Origin: a virus
Reading direction: 5' to 3' (one strand)
DNA length: 64,000 nt
IMG/VR virus record: IMGVR_UViG_3300031841_004520
Location: 32,001 to 96,000 of that record
Position numbers and translations under genes: made by a program. The notes below the pieces were generated by a model. That model was not told where the DNA came from. It ran no database searches and saw only the letters and a program-made list of their open reading frames with translations. Position 1 is the first letter of the stretch; each line of letters begins with the position of its first letter. This document shows positions 7,801-17,600 of this stretch, piece after piece.

Positions 7801-10800
7801 GCTGGTTTTGGACGAAAGAGCACTGCACTAATCGCTGGTGGAGCCGCTGTATCTGGCGCAGTGTCAGGATTTATTGCAGGAGGATCACAAGCACGAGAAA
7901 GAGAGTTTAGGGCAGAGGGTGGCAAAGCTGATGTTAGACGTTCACAGGCTCGTGAAGATTTTAATTCAGCTGGTACAGAGAAGCAGCAATTACAAGCATT
8001 AGCAGATTTTACGGATGCGACTGTAGATTATAACGCTAGTATAGCAGCGGCAAATAAAGAATACATGAGCGAGACTGCTAGGCTTGGTAGAGCTATTGGA
8101 TCGGTTACTGATGGTATTCTTGGCGGACTAATGTTACTTGGTGGTATCAGGGGTGCTAGGGGTGCTATGGGGAGATCTGCAGGTGGTCCTGTTTATGCTA
8201 GTAAGGGACAGTATGTTAATTATGAGCCTAAAGGTACAGATACCGTACCGGCTATGCTGAGTCCTGGTGAATTTGTTGTTAATGCTAGATCTACTAAACA
8301 AAACAAAGGATTGCTAGAAGCTATTAATAAAAGTAAAGGCGGTACGATAAGAAGCCCAGTTTACTTGCGTAATGGTGGGATGTCTTACGACGAGGCTAGA
8401 AAACTAGGATATAGTCATAGTGAAGCTTATGCTATGAATAAGAAGAACATAGAGAGCTCAGGCTCCAAAAATGCTGGTTTCTTTGGTGGGATAGGTTATC
8501 TGGGGCAGCTGAGTCAGTTTTATAATCCTTTTGATAATACTAAAAGAGAAGGTAATGATTCTTTAGGTGAAGGAATTAGAAATACTGGTAGAGGATCAAT
8601 GGCTATAGCAGCTGCGGCAGGTACAGCCGCTGGTGGTCTAGCTCTGGCTCCTGGTCTTGCTGCTGGGGTTGGTGGTACTGGGGCTCTTGGTACTGCTTCC
8701 AACGTAGGTTTCGGCGCAATGGATGCTGCGGACTTTGCTGCAGATCCTTCACTTGCTACTGGAGCAATGTTAGCTACTAATTTTATACCTGGATCTGGTT
8801 TCATTAAAGGTGGTGCTAGAGGGGTAAAGGCTGCAAAGGGAGCAACTCAAGTCGCTAAGACAGCGAAGGCTTCAAAGACAGCATCAAAAGCTAGTAAGAA
8901 AGGTGGTGGGTTCTTTAGTAGACTGTTTGGTGGTGGTAAAAAAGCGACACCAGGTGCAGTAACTCCTCCACAGACACCTTTGCGTCGAACACCAGGAGCG
9001 TCTCCCGTAACTCCAGGGGCAGGCAAGCCTAGCAGCTCCCTGCGGCGAGACTTTATCGGACCTCCTGCTCCACCTCCTAAAGTCCCCAAAGCAACATCAG
9101 TAACTGGTAAAACCAGCAGAACACGAACAGGAATGAGAAGACGTGGATTTGGTAGAACCGGTAAGTTTGGAAGGGCAATGAATATGGCAGGCAATGCTGC
9201 TTCGCTAGGGATGTTTGCGCTTGGTGCTGCTGGTGGCATAAGTGAAGGCGTAAGTCAATATATGGGAACAGATGCTGAATCAGCCGCTAGAATGCAACAA
9301 GCTAGTCTTGACAGATTTGCAGGAACTAAAGAAGGAGCCATAAAGAGAGGTCAGATAGGTAGGTTAGATAGTCCTGTAAATCAAAGAGTGTTAGAAAACT
9401 TCGACAGAGTTAGAGCTGGCGGCGGAAGCGCAGAATTTCAAAGAAGACAATTAGGACAATCTGATGTTAATGATTTAACAACAGGAGGTTTATTAAGTGA
9501 ACAGCGTAGACAAGAAAGTATAAGACAAGCAACCAGTAAGATCGGTGCCGAGGGTGGCAGTTCTATCAATATTGCAGCAGACGAAACAGCACAAGAATTC
9601 ATGGCCAGTGATAGGTATGCTGCCTTAAAGGACGATGAGAAAAAAGCTATTGAAAAGGCCATAGTCGCTGGAGAGAGACAATTAACCAACGATGCTTATA
9701 GGGCTGCTAGAGCAAAAGAACTAGAGCGTGCAGGCATCTCTGCTGCAGATGCTCAGAAACAGATAACTAAAGAATTACATGAGAATACTGATGTCAATGG
9801 TAATCTGACAGGAGCTGTAGCCAGGCGAGCAGAATTAGAAAGAGGTATAGCTGAAGAGACAGCCTCCAAAGCACTTAAGGCTGCTATGGAGCAGAAGAAA
9901 TTTACCAGACAGACAGCAGATCTTACTGCAATTATGACACGAGCTAGTGCTAGTTTTAAACGGCTAAGTAGCGAAATGGATGTTGTTGTTGCGTCTACTA
10001 ATTCTATGGTGGGTGCAATAGGAGGTCAAGCGACCGCTGCTTCTGGTGTTCGTGGTAGTGCGGCTGTTAGAGATGCAGAAGTTCTTAAAAATCCTACAGC
10101 TTTCTCTACATCGGAACTTGATGCTACATTAGCTAGAGCCGTAACAGGCTTAGGGGGTAGTGAGCCAATACAACAAGCTGCAGATTTGACAAGAGCCCAA
10201 GCTGGATTCGACAAACTTAAACCTACCATTGAGGCAGCGTTAAAGGGAGAAGGCGGATCAAGTTTAGATCGTACCGATATTGTAGATATGCTGGAAAAAG
10301 GATTTAAAGATTTAAAAATAGAAGCTCCTGATGGATTTCTTGATGCTGCGGCAGAATCTTTGCAAGGAGGCGAAGGTGCAGGAAAAACTTTAAGCATGAT
10401 GTTGACAAAGTCTAAACAAGCCAACGAACTTCTTGCACAATATGCTGATCTTGCTGCTAAAGGTTTACAGCAACTAGCTGGTCAATCTGATTTACTTAGT
10501 GCTAGTTTGTCTAGAGTTAAAACTTTGCGTGGTGAAAAAGCTGCAATCGATGCTGAGGGTAACGTTAATTTGAAAGAAGCTTTAGGGTTTGATCCTTCTA
10601 AAGGTGAGTTAACGGCTGGTAGAGATGCCAGAATTGGTGCTTTAACTGGCGGAACCACAGATCCTAATGCTATATTTAATCAAATGCAATCGGATTTAGA
10701 TACTCGTAAAACTTTAGAGGGAGGCGGCACAGTAAATATTGGTGGCGAAGAGATGGACCAACAAGCTGCATTAGCTAGTGGAGAAATGGCTAAGTTAAAT

Positions 10801-11802
10801 AGTAGTATTAATGATTCTAGAAAAGCTCTTGAGATGTTGGCCAACGACACTACGGCTGCAGATGCCGCGTTGCAAAAAATTGCTGATAGAGATTCTCAGT
10901 TAAGAGAACAGTCTTCTACGGCATTAGACATGGTCGCTGATCCTAGCAAAGCCCTAGATTTTATTGGTCAAAGTCAATCGTTAAGCAGGGTGTTGAGTGG
11001 TCAGGGTGGTTTCCAAGATGTTGGGGCTGGCAAGGCTGCTTTAGGCCAATTAGAAGGCATGATTCCTCCAGAGATGTTTGCTAAATTACAAGAAAAATTC
11101 TTTAAGGGAGCAGGTCAAGGTACTGGGTTGGGGGGTGCCTTGCAACCATTTGCTGCTGGTGCTGCCAGTGGTATTGATGGCAAAAAAGATGATCCTGTTA
11201 TGGCTCGTGAAATTGCGGCTTTTGAAGAAGCTAACAAGATAAGAAAAGAAGCAACAGACAAACTAATCGCACTTGAGCTACAAGCTGGTGAAGCTATTCA
11301 GGGTAGTCTTACTACTTTAAATGATCAAATCACTAATCAGCTTGCTCCCATAATAGATCAAATCAATACCGAACTTACCACTTTCAAAAATAATGTTGCT
11401 GCTGCTAATGGTGGCGGTGCTGGTGGGGCCGGTGGGGCCGGTGGAGCTGGAGCTGGTGCTCCTCCTCCTCCTGAGGGTGGTGTAGCTGGTGCTGCTCCTG
11501 CTAACAATCCTTTGGCGGGCATACAGGCTCCAAATATTTCGAAGGAAGGCAGAGAAAACCTTGGTTATAAAGATTCTATGGCTGATGATATGGCGGCTCG
11601 TGGTGGAGGATCTGCAAACAACACCATGCAACTACAAGCACCATCAGAGCCAATGCAAGTATCCATAAGTCTAGACGCAGGATCACAAGCAGCTTTAGGT
11701 GCAGCTGGAACAGAAGAGATCAAGAAAGCCATGTCTAGGATAGGTGACTTAATATACGAAAAAACAAATAGCAGTATAGATATTAGAGGGGGATTGGCTT
11801 AA
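4888..11802 (+). CDS. Tail tape measure protein with internal SNase-like nuclease and repeated DTVPAMLxPGE modules
   Basis: 2304 aa and Ala/Gly-rich. Has a TP901-type TMP core (LAQAG...IATGLRTIFTRI...LGGFRQ) and sits between chaperone and baseplate genes. Confidence 0.9.
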   Translation: MAQPFNLTAQLNLQGPSNVKKVVADIRRQLGTIKANVDLNIKGTTAKNIAGINKQLNSLAAAAKNAQGNVTTLGAALKSLNSGFNSANSTAKTFNKTAASTGKNIQNSAQSVQQATTAVEEFGKQSALAVKRFAAFSVVTSVINRFSSAVSDSFKTFIAFDRQLVRVAQVTGGTAADIKALSNEIGSLAAKFGVASTDLAEVSVTLAQAGLSANQAKVALEALAKTSLAATFTNINNTTEGSIALMRQFKVSVQDLESALGSINAVAGEFAVESSDIITAISRAGGVFAAASKGVSTGTEALQEFVAVFTSVRSTSRESAETIATGLRTIFTRIQRGSTIKFLKEFGVELQDVEGKFVGPFEAVRRLSDALQGLDPRDVRFTKIVEELGGFRQIGKVIPLIQEFATAQEALAVAQRGSGSLTKDAVTAQAALAVQFQKTREEFNNLIRDIGQSATFQTITKLVLGLANSFISVAGALKPILPLITALTAAKGFKFITEFMSGFKGGLGGGGGLAGALGGGGGAPSGGGGGGAGGAVQANTTALTSSTSAIQQLTTAINNLVGGTKTQPLGALQGIKFARGGDVPGTGNRDTVPAMLQPGEFVIRKSAVDAFGRDNLARINKYNNGGPAKRAGISEVKRITKVLDGDTFDAEVVPTRESFTARFRPEGYDAYETSGISRVAQDRLERLRELNRNNAQISAALRNPKISGTDPGIEIPENTLIEQNRTALDAAKSGTKQYAAYLEKNKDILADQILREDGGFGRYLIDHGGVPIGPRNVTGRFSKFATGGAVSDTVPAMLTPGEYVINKKSAQAFGYGNLKKINGYAQGGVVKNGVQHFSNGGMADRLSEAFSDQNIAKQLKATSIQVRRFGLTLQRGASKASKKVSDNFRVASIQTQRFGLRIDEASKFTGSFVGTFSAGLAALTPQIDSMVASFDQLNGTTLATSEEFMGFRKGLEGATSKGLSASIAAQQAGFGRKSTALIAGGAAVSGAVSGFIAGGSQAREREFRAEGGKADVRRSQAREDFNSAGTEKQQLQALADFTDATVDYNASIAAANKEYMSETARLGRAIGSVTDGILGGLMLLGGIRGARGAMGRSAGGPVYASKGQYVNYEPKGTDTVPAMLSPGEFVVNARSTKQNKGLLEAINKSKGGTIRSPVYLRNGGMSYDEARKLGYSHSEAYAMNKKNIESSGSKNAGFFGGIGYLGQLSQFYNPFDNTKREGNDSLGEGIRNTGRGSMAIAAAAGTAAGGLALAPGLAAGVGGTGALGTASNVGFGAMDAADFAADPSLATGAMLATNFIPGSGFIKGGARGVKAAKGATQVAKTAKASKTASKASKKGGGFFSRLFGGGKKATPGAVTPPQTPLRRTPGASPVTPGAGKPSSSLRRDFIGPPAPPPKVPKATSVTGKTSRTRTGMRRRGFGRTGKFGRAMNMAGNAASLGMFALGAAGGISEGVSQYMGTDAESAARMQQASLDRFAGTKEGAIKRGQIGRLDSPVNQRVLENFDRVRAGGGSAEFQRRQLGQSDVNDLTTGGLLSEQRRQESIRQATSKIGAEGGSSINIAADETAQEFMASDRYAALKDDEKKAIEKAIVAGERQLTNDAYRAARAKELERAGISAADAQKQITKELHENTDVNGNLTGAVARRAELERGIAEETASKALKAAMEQKKFTRQTADLTAIMTRASASFKRLSSEMDVVVASTNSMVGAIGGQATAASGVRGSAAVRDAEVLKNPTAFSTSELDATLARAVTGLGGSEPIQQAADLTRAQAGFDKLKPTIEAALKGEGGSSLDRTDIVDMLEKGFKDLKIEAPDGFLDAAAESLQGGEGAGKTLSMMLTKSKQANELLAQYADLAAKGLQQLAGQSDLLSASLSRVKTLRGEKAAIDAEGNVNLKEALGFDPSKGELTAGRDARIGALTGGTTDPNAIFNQMQSDLDTRKTLEGGGTVNIGGEEMDQQAALASGEMAKLNSSINDSRKALEMLANDTTAADAALQKIADRDSQLREQSSTALDMVADPSKALDFIGQSQSLSRVLSGQGGFQDVGAGKAALGQLEGMIPPEMFAKLQEKFFKGAGQGTGLGGALQPFAAGAASGIDGKKDDPVMAREIAAFEEANKIRKEATDKLIALELQAGEAIQGSLTTLNDQITNQLAPIIDQINTELTTFKNNVAAANGGGAGGAGGAGGAGAGAPPPPEGGVAGAAPANNPLAGIQAPNISKEGRENLGYKDSMADDMAARGGGSANNTMQLQAPSEPMQVSISLDAGSQAALGAAGTEEIKKAMSRIGDLIYEKTNSSIDIRGGLA
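6616..8379 (+). repeat. Three dispersed copies of the [F/Y]xxGG...DTVPAMLxPGE[F/Y]V...IN...GG module in the TMP
   Basis: Copies lie at about 6616-6765, 7237-7371 and 8173-8379 (DTVPAMLQPGEFV, DTVPAMLTPGEYV, DTVPAMLSPGEFV). Confidence 0.9.
6793..7200 (+). other. Staphylococcal nuclease (thermonuclease)-like domain within the TMP
   Basis: VLDGDTF (DGDT at 6817-6828), R-x4-D-x2-E (RPEGYDAYE, 6877-6903) and FGRYL (R at 7171). Confidence 0.75.
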
Positions 11803-13691
11803 TGTCAAATTATTTTGAAAATACTAAAAGTAGTACTGAATATCATGTTATGACAGAAGAGGTTACTGCATCTGGCACTACGGTGACATTGGGCAGCATT
11901 GGCAAATTAGAGCCTGTTCCTTTTGTTTCTATATCTCTAGAAAAATATACAGTAGGAGACAAAACTCTTGGGGGTGTGTTAAATCTATCTTTAGAAGGTG
12001 TTTTCTATGGACAAAACTTTGATGATACAGCTTCTCAGTTGAAATCAAAAATAGACACCTTAGCAGATCAACATAGCTGCATGACAGGGATTAATATCAA
12101 ATGTGGCGATACAACAATTATCTCAAGCGGAATAGGGTATATAAGAAGTTATGCTTTTCCTCAAGGTCCGCAAAAAAATTGGATGAATATAATTCCTTAT
12201 AATATAGATGTTGTTATCACTCATCAAGGTACTGATCCTGTAGTGAAACCAGACGGGCAATTAAAACTTAAATATGATATAGATAACAATACAGCCATAA
12301 GAAGTATTAGAGAAAGTGTAAGTTGGTCATTAAATGAAAATACCCTTCAGATGTATAATCCAGATCCTAGTAAATATGACACGTATGTGTCAGCATATAC
12401 TAATGAGCATATAGTTGTTCAATATTCTTTAGATATACAGGGTTTTGGTGTTTGTGGAACTGGCTGTCATGATATTGCCGTTTTGAATGCGTTAGATTCC
12501 GCAAAACATGTTGCTGACTATAGAATACACAATATGCAAAACTTAAATACGTCGTCTTTTAGTTGCGATAGCTCAGGATTATTACCAAACAATTATGATA
12601 CCACTATTAGATATGATCATACAAGAGACATTAGCGTTAATGAACTAGAGGGCAGTTTAAGTGTTAAGGGGCAATATATCGTTAGACCTAGTGGCGCAAA
12701 GAAAGACACGCTAATGACAATGGAATCTTCTGCTGATTCTAGTTTAGATAGTGGAGAAAAAACAGTCACTCTTACTGGCAGTATTAGAGGTCTTGTTCAG
12801 AATGAGTATACAACATCTGGCGATGGCAATGGTAATCACTACAGCCCTAAGGATAGTGAAACTCTTATAGATAAAAAATCAACCGCTATGGATGCTGCTG
12901 AACTAGAAATGCAGAATATCATGGTTAGTGGTACCGGTATAATTAAGGAAATAGCTAAACATAATCAGTTGTTAAAATTTAATGCTGCCGTAGGAGATAA
13001 TACTGGTAAAACACTAGCAAACATTTCTAGTACCAACGCTAATACTTGGCAAGCCGGAGATTCAGATAATACTGAATTTAGACTATTGGGCAAAAGTATT
13101 AAAAGAAATTATCCTAATAGTACAATTGATTTTACTTTAACTTATTCTAATAAAAGCAGACATAAAATAGCTAATGCTTTATGGGCAGAGATTAGTATAG
13201 ATCACGAAATGCCTTCTAGAAGATTAGTTGAACATGTAATCCCTGGTAGAGGGTATCCTTTAATGCAAGATATATTGTGTGATACACAAGATGTGTTTAC
13301 TATAAATGTAACTGCACAATTTGAGCCAAACAGTAATATTAAAAACATTATTAATGCAGCTCGTGAAGAGATATTGGTTTTAGTATATAATACTGCTGTT
13401 AGTTTAGGTATAGGTGGATACATTCGCACAGGAGATAGTGAAAATATAGCAAACAATGGTAGTTATAAAAGAAGTATAAAACTAACCAGCCCAACGTGTA
13501 ACAATATAACAACCAGTAATACTACTTTGGATTACTTAGAGATGCCAGGTGATACATTCACTAATGCTGCACAATTAGATCTTACCACATTGAATCCAGA
13601 AGCTTTTGTGCAAGATGACTTTGAGACTGAACGGGGTATTATTCCAGCATCAATACCAGAGTTTGACAAAACAAGAGATAAGCCAGAATAA
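11802..13691 (+). CDS. Putative distal tail/baseplate protein
   Basis: 629 aa and beta-rich. Start overlaps the TMP stop codon (TAATG). Called from synteny. Confidence 0.5.
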   Translation: MSNYFENTKSSTEYHVMTEEVTASGTTVTLGSIGKLEPVPFVSISLEKYTVGDKTLGGVLNLSLEGVFYGQNFDDTASQLKSKIDTLADQHSCMTGINIKCGDTTIISSGIGYIRSYAFPQGPQKNWMNIIPYNIDVVITHQGTDPVVKPDGQLKLKYDIDNNTAIRSIRESVSWSLNENTLQMYNPDPSKYDTYVSAYTNEHIVVQYSLDIQGFGVCGTGCHDIAVLNALDSAKHVADYRIHNMQNLNTSSFSCDSSGLLPNNYDTTIRYDHTRDISVNELEGSLSVKGQYIVRPSGAKKDTLMTMESSADSSLDSGEKTVTLTGSIRGLVQNEYTTSGDGNGNHYSPKDSETLIDKKSTAMDAAELEMQNIMVSGTGIIKEIAKHNQLLKFNAAVGDNTGKTLANISSTNANTWQAGDSDNTEFRLLGKSIKRNYPNSTIDFTLTYSNKSRHKIANALWAEISIDHEMPSRRLVEHVIPGRGYPLMQDILCDTQDVFTINVTAQFEPNSNIKNIINAAREEILVLVYNTAVSLGIGGYIRTGDSENIANNGSYKRSIKLTSPTCNNITTSNTTLDYLEMPGDTFTNAAQLDLTTLNPEAFVQDDFETERGIIPASIPEFDKTRDKPE

Positions 13692-13703
13692 TAAGGAAAT
13701 TAT

Positions 13704-14621
13704 ATGTTTAGGATTTACTACAATACAAAAGTAAGAAATTTTAATAAAGTATTACACAAGCCTAAGGTGTTACATAAGGCTTACAACTATATTTATTGTA
13801 GAGATATTGATCTAAATACTATACAGCCGGGACAAACTTTTAATATAGGTAATTTAGAGCAAACTATTTTAGAAAAAGATAGTGATGGTTTCTTTGTAGC
13901 TCCTGGATTACATATGCCAAATCCTTTATCAAAAGCAGACTTTGTGATTAACTTATTTGGAAATCAACACAATATGTCTTTTAATGCTTTTTCTTCTTAT
14001 AACTCTATGCTCGTTGGTTCTTTGATTTATCCTAGTTTTTATTCACATATAAACGTTGGAGATGAAGCCAGAGCAATAGACATACATGACAATATAGTAT
14101 ATATACAAAATTTAGAAATAACTAGTTTAGAAAATGTAGAAAGTGTTTATTTAAATGACACCATGACTACTGTAGCAAAATTTAATAAAAATTTAGAGTT
14201 GTGCGATTGGCTCAACAAAGCCTCCAACTTATCAATATATTCTTTAACTACTGTCTTAAAAAATTTAGATATGAATGTTTATTTTAGGTGTTATGGTGGA
14301 TCACCTAAGTCCAATTTTGTAGATAATCCAATGCCGCAGTATAAACTAGAAATTACTGACTTGGATACAGAAGAGACTGTGACAAAATATATTTATCAGT
14401 TTCATAGTGAGACTATTAGTGCAAAACATAGATATAAACTTATGGTTAAAGACGAGTTAAATAACATTCCTGTATTGGTTAATGATAGTAGTACTGATGG
14501 CAATATATATGTTGATTTTTCTAATATGGATAATTTTACTATGATGTCTCAAAAAACTACTACATCTAGAAAAACACTTGCAGAAATAGCAGAACCTTTG
14601 TTCCAAAGAAGAGTAAAATAA
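13704..14621 (+). CDS. Hypothetical protein (tail module)
   Basis: 305-aa ORF with AAGGA RBS. Confidence 0.55.
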   Translation: MFRIYYNTKVRNFNKVLHKPKVLHKAYNYIYCRDIDLNTIQPGQTFNIGNLEQTILEKDSDGFFVAPGLHMPNPLSKADFVINLFGNQHNMSFNAFSSYNSMLVGSLIYPSFYSHINVGDEARAIDIHDNIVYIQNLEITSLENVESVYLNDTMTTVAKFNKNLELCDWLNKASNLSIYSLTTVLKNLDMNVYFRCYGGSPKSNFVDNPMPQYKLEITDLDTEETVTKYIYQFHSETISAKHRYKLMVKDELNNIPVLVNDSSTDGNIYVDFSNMDNFTMMSQKTTTSRKTLAEIAEPLFQRRVK

Positions 14622-17600
14622 TGCCTATTAATGATCAATACGACAATAATTTACACATACAATCTCCTGGTAAATTTAATCAGGCAAGTAGCACAAACCC
14701 TATAACTTACCAGAGGTTCTTAAATTGTGATGTTAAGGGTTTTAATTTGAACTTAGGTTTTGGTGGTGCTGAAACTACTATGACTATGGATCTAGTAGAG
14801 TCTTTAGTAGGAAATCCGCCAGCTCATAAAGCGAATGAGACTTTAGCGACTTTTAGAGATCGGTGCAATACCAATCCTCCTGATTCAGATTGCAATCAAC
14901 TTCGTTACAGTGGGGAGTTAGGTAGAGTATATACATTTATAGCAACAAATGTGGATGATGATGAAGTCTTTGAATTTTCAGGAATACTGTCTGACCACGA
15001 TATAAAAATAGATAGTAATGGTCGAACTATAACCATACGGCTGACCGATGGTCGTGTTGCGTTAGAAAATGTTCAATTAGTTATAGGAAATAATTATTCT
15101 AGAAACTATACTTATAATTCTGCTGGAGAAAGTGTTAATGTTTTAAATATTTTATATGAAACTGAAAAAGGTGTTAGTCATAGTTTTGATAATCTAGGCT
15201 TCGACCTTCCGACAGACCCATCAAATCCATTAGCTACATATAGTAAGTGTGATTATTTTATGGATAGTGGATATGACGATGACGGCATACCTGTGACATA
15301 TGTATTAGGTCAATTTATGTCTAGCGATAGATATATGTCCTTACCTCTTAGCGATCAAACGATAAGGATTAATTTAGATAACATATATAATACAGCATTA
15401 AACAGAGTTAGTTACATGCGTATTAATGATACTAGCATTAGTTTAATGGATTTATTGCAGCAGGTTTGTGAAGAAGCGGCTGGAGAACTAGTTATAAATA
15501 CAGAGAGTACAGCAACAGGATATGAAATAGTTGCTTCATTTATTGACAGAAGTGTACCTATACCATCTGATGGATATGCTTTAGGAGCATATGTACAAAG
15601 CAAATTTCCTGTTTATAAATCTTTAAGCTACGGCCAAGAATCATCTTACGAAACTACGCAAAATCTTGTCTTTGGATCTAAGATGAGATATTTTGTAGAA
15701 GTCCAAAGACAAAAAATGCATAGTATACCCACTAAAGATGCTGGTGCGATTATTAATAATCCTCTAGATGTCGTGGTGCCTGATATGTCTAGCGATGCTA
15801 CAGCAGATCACGACAAAGTAAAATCACAAGATCTTAGTGAGCCTCCAGAAGAGAGTTGCTATGATCCGGATGATTTTACTCCACCCAACGGAACATTTTG
15901 TAATATTCCTACTGGCGGTGGCCGAATTGCTATGGTTTTGGGAGAAAAACTTAATGGAGCATTAACAGATCAAGGTATACCTGCTTATACTTTATACTTA
16001 AGTAATCTTTGTGGAGATTATATGGGTATAACTTATGATCTTACAGAGATATGTAGTATTTTAGGTGTTGCAGATCAAGGGTCTGCATTATTGACAGAAG
16101 AAGAATTGCTGTTTAGCCAAACATACGAATCATATATTAATTGGGCTACTATGCATCCTAATAGTATTGGTTCTAAAATGGGAGCTGTGATTTTTGGAGA
16201 TCTTTGGGGCAATTTCCAAGAATATTCATTAAAGATTTTTGCAGACATTGTGGAGAATGGTAGTTTCGACAGCTTCAAAGACCCTGCATTAGCTTTTCCT
16301 GATGTTGAAGTTAGTAAAAAACTTTTTGAGGTTGTTCATGCTTATGTAAAAAATATATATGATACATATTATGGTAAAGAATATGTAGCTTTATTAGACA
16401 CTAGAACAAATCAAACTCTTCCAAAAAATAATTTTCAGGTTTGTATAGGTAAAAGTTTTAACACATGGACCAATCAATCTCAGGGAGATATCGCATTTCC
16501 TCAAGCTAATGCTAACGTAACAATACCTAATAATGATCCATTGTTGTTTATACAACAGGGAGTTTTGCAAAATGTTATCAAAACAGCAGGTAAAGGATAT
16601 TTAAGTACTAGCGAGACCGTATGTAATGGAGCTTGGTTTGGTGGTACTTCTTCTAGCGAAAGAGGAGCAACTAAGATTCTCAGTGATGAGCTGGGTAATG
16701 GTGGTTTAGGTACAGAAGACGGGTTGGCTAGATTTTTAAACGACGACAACACGATAGGTTCTTTTGTAAAATACGGTCCTGTAGATAGTATTTGTAAAAG
16801 GATAGGTGGGACCACTTTTGTGTTTCGTGTAGACTTGAGTGCTTTAAATCCTAGTGATTTTGTTGTTAGGACAGAAATAGTAGGCACTAAGCCAACAGCT
16901 ATGTTATATCTCAGGGCTAGTGTAAGTGAAGAGATGTATTTTGGTAAAATATCACTTACTAATAGTATTGACGTTTATACTGGCTTGGGTGAGCTTCAAG
17001 ATGATTATACATGGGTTAGATTTAGTATACCTAGAGTAAAACTTATTCCGACAGTAGGACAAGAAGGAGCTGTTGGTAGGGCCGCCAGTAGGATGGCGCT
17101 AATTGCTTTACAAGTTATGACAGATATGGGCTCTCTGTCTGGTATAATTGAAGGAGATTTTACTTTAAGAGATGCCATTGCAGACAAATTAGCTGGTGGA
17201 GGAATCAATCCTGGTGTTTTTGATGGGATAGCTGCAAACTTAGCTGTAACAAATTTAGCAAAAATGTCCATACCGGCTATTGTTCCAGAGGCAGTTGCTA
17301 TTCCTTTGCAGAGTGAAATCAGAACCTATGGCCCATGGAAAGGTGTTAGCAATCCTAGTGGCGGAATGAATGTAGTTGAAATGGATTTAGCTCCGTGGCA
17401 ATTTGGTTTCGGTCCTAATGCTCCTGCAGATAGCTACAATAGATTGGAGGCTATTGGGTCATCTCATGCTCAAAATGGAACCTTCGGTCGTCTGTATCAA
17501 GAAAAAGCTAGCATTTCCTTAGCTGGAATTCCTGAGATAAATATTGGTGTTCCGGCGAGTCAACTTAATCAAGATGGTACTACGACCGGTGATCCATACA

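Noticed and set aside
11410-11475. GGTGGGGCC and CCT short tandem repeats
   Set aside because: They simply encode a Gly/Ala/Pro linker in the TMP C-terminus.
5653-11631. Antisense ORFs within the TMP (e.g. 6255..6827, 8847..9239, 10026..10424) and similar shadow ORFs elsewhere
   Set aside because: They are low-complexity mirror frames of real genes with no recognisable motifs.
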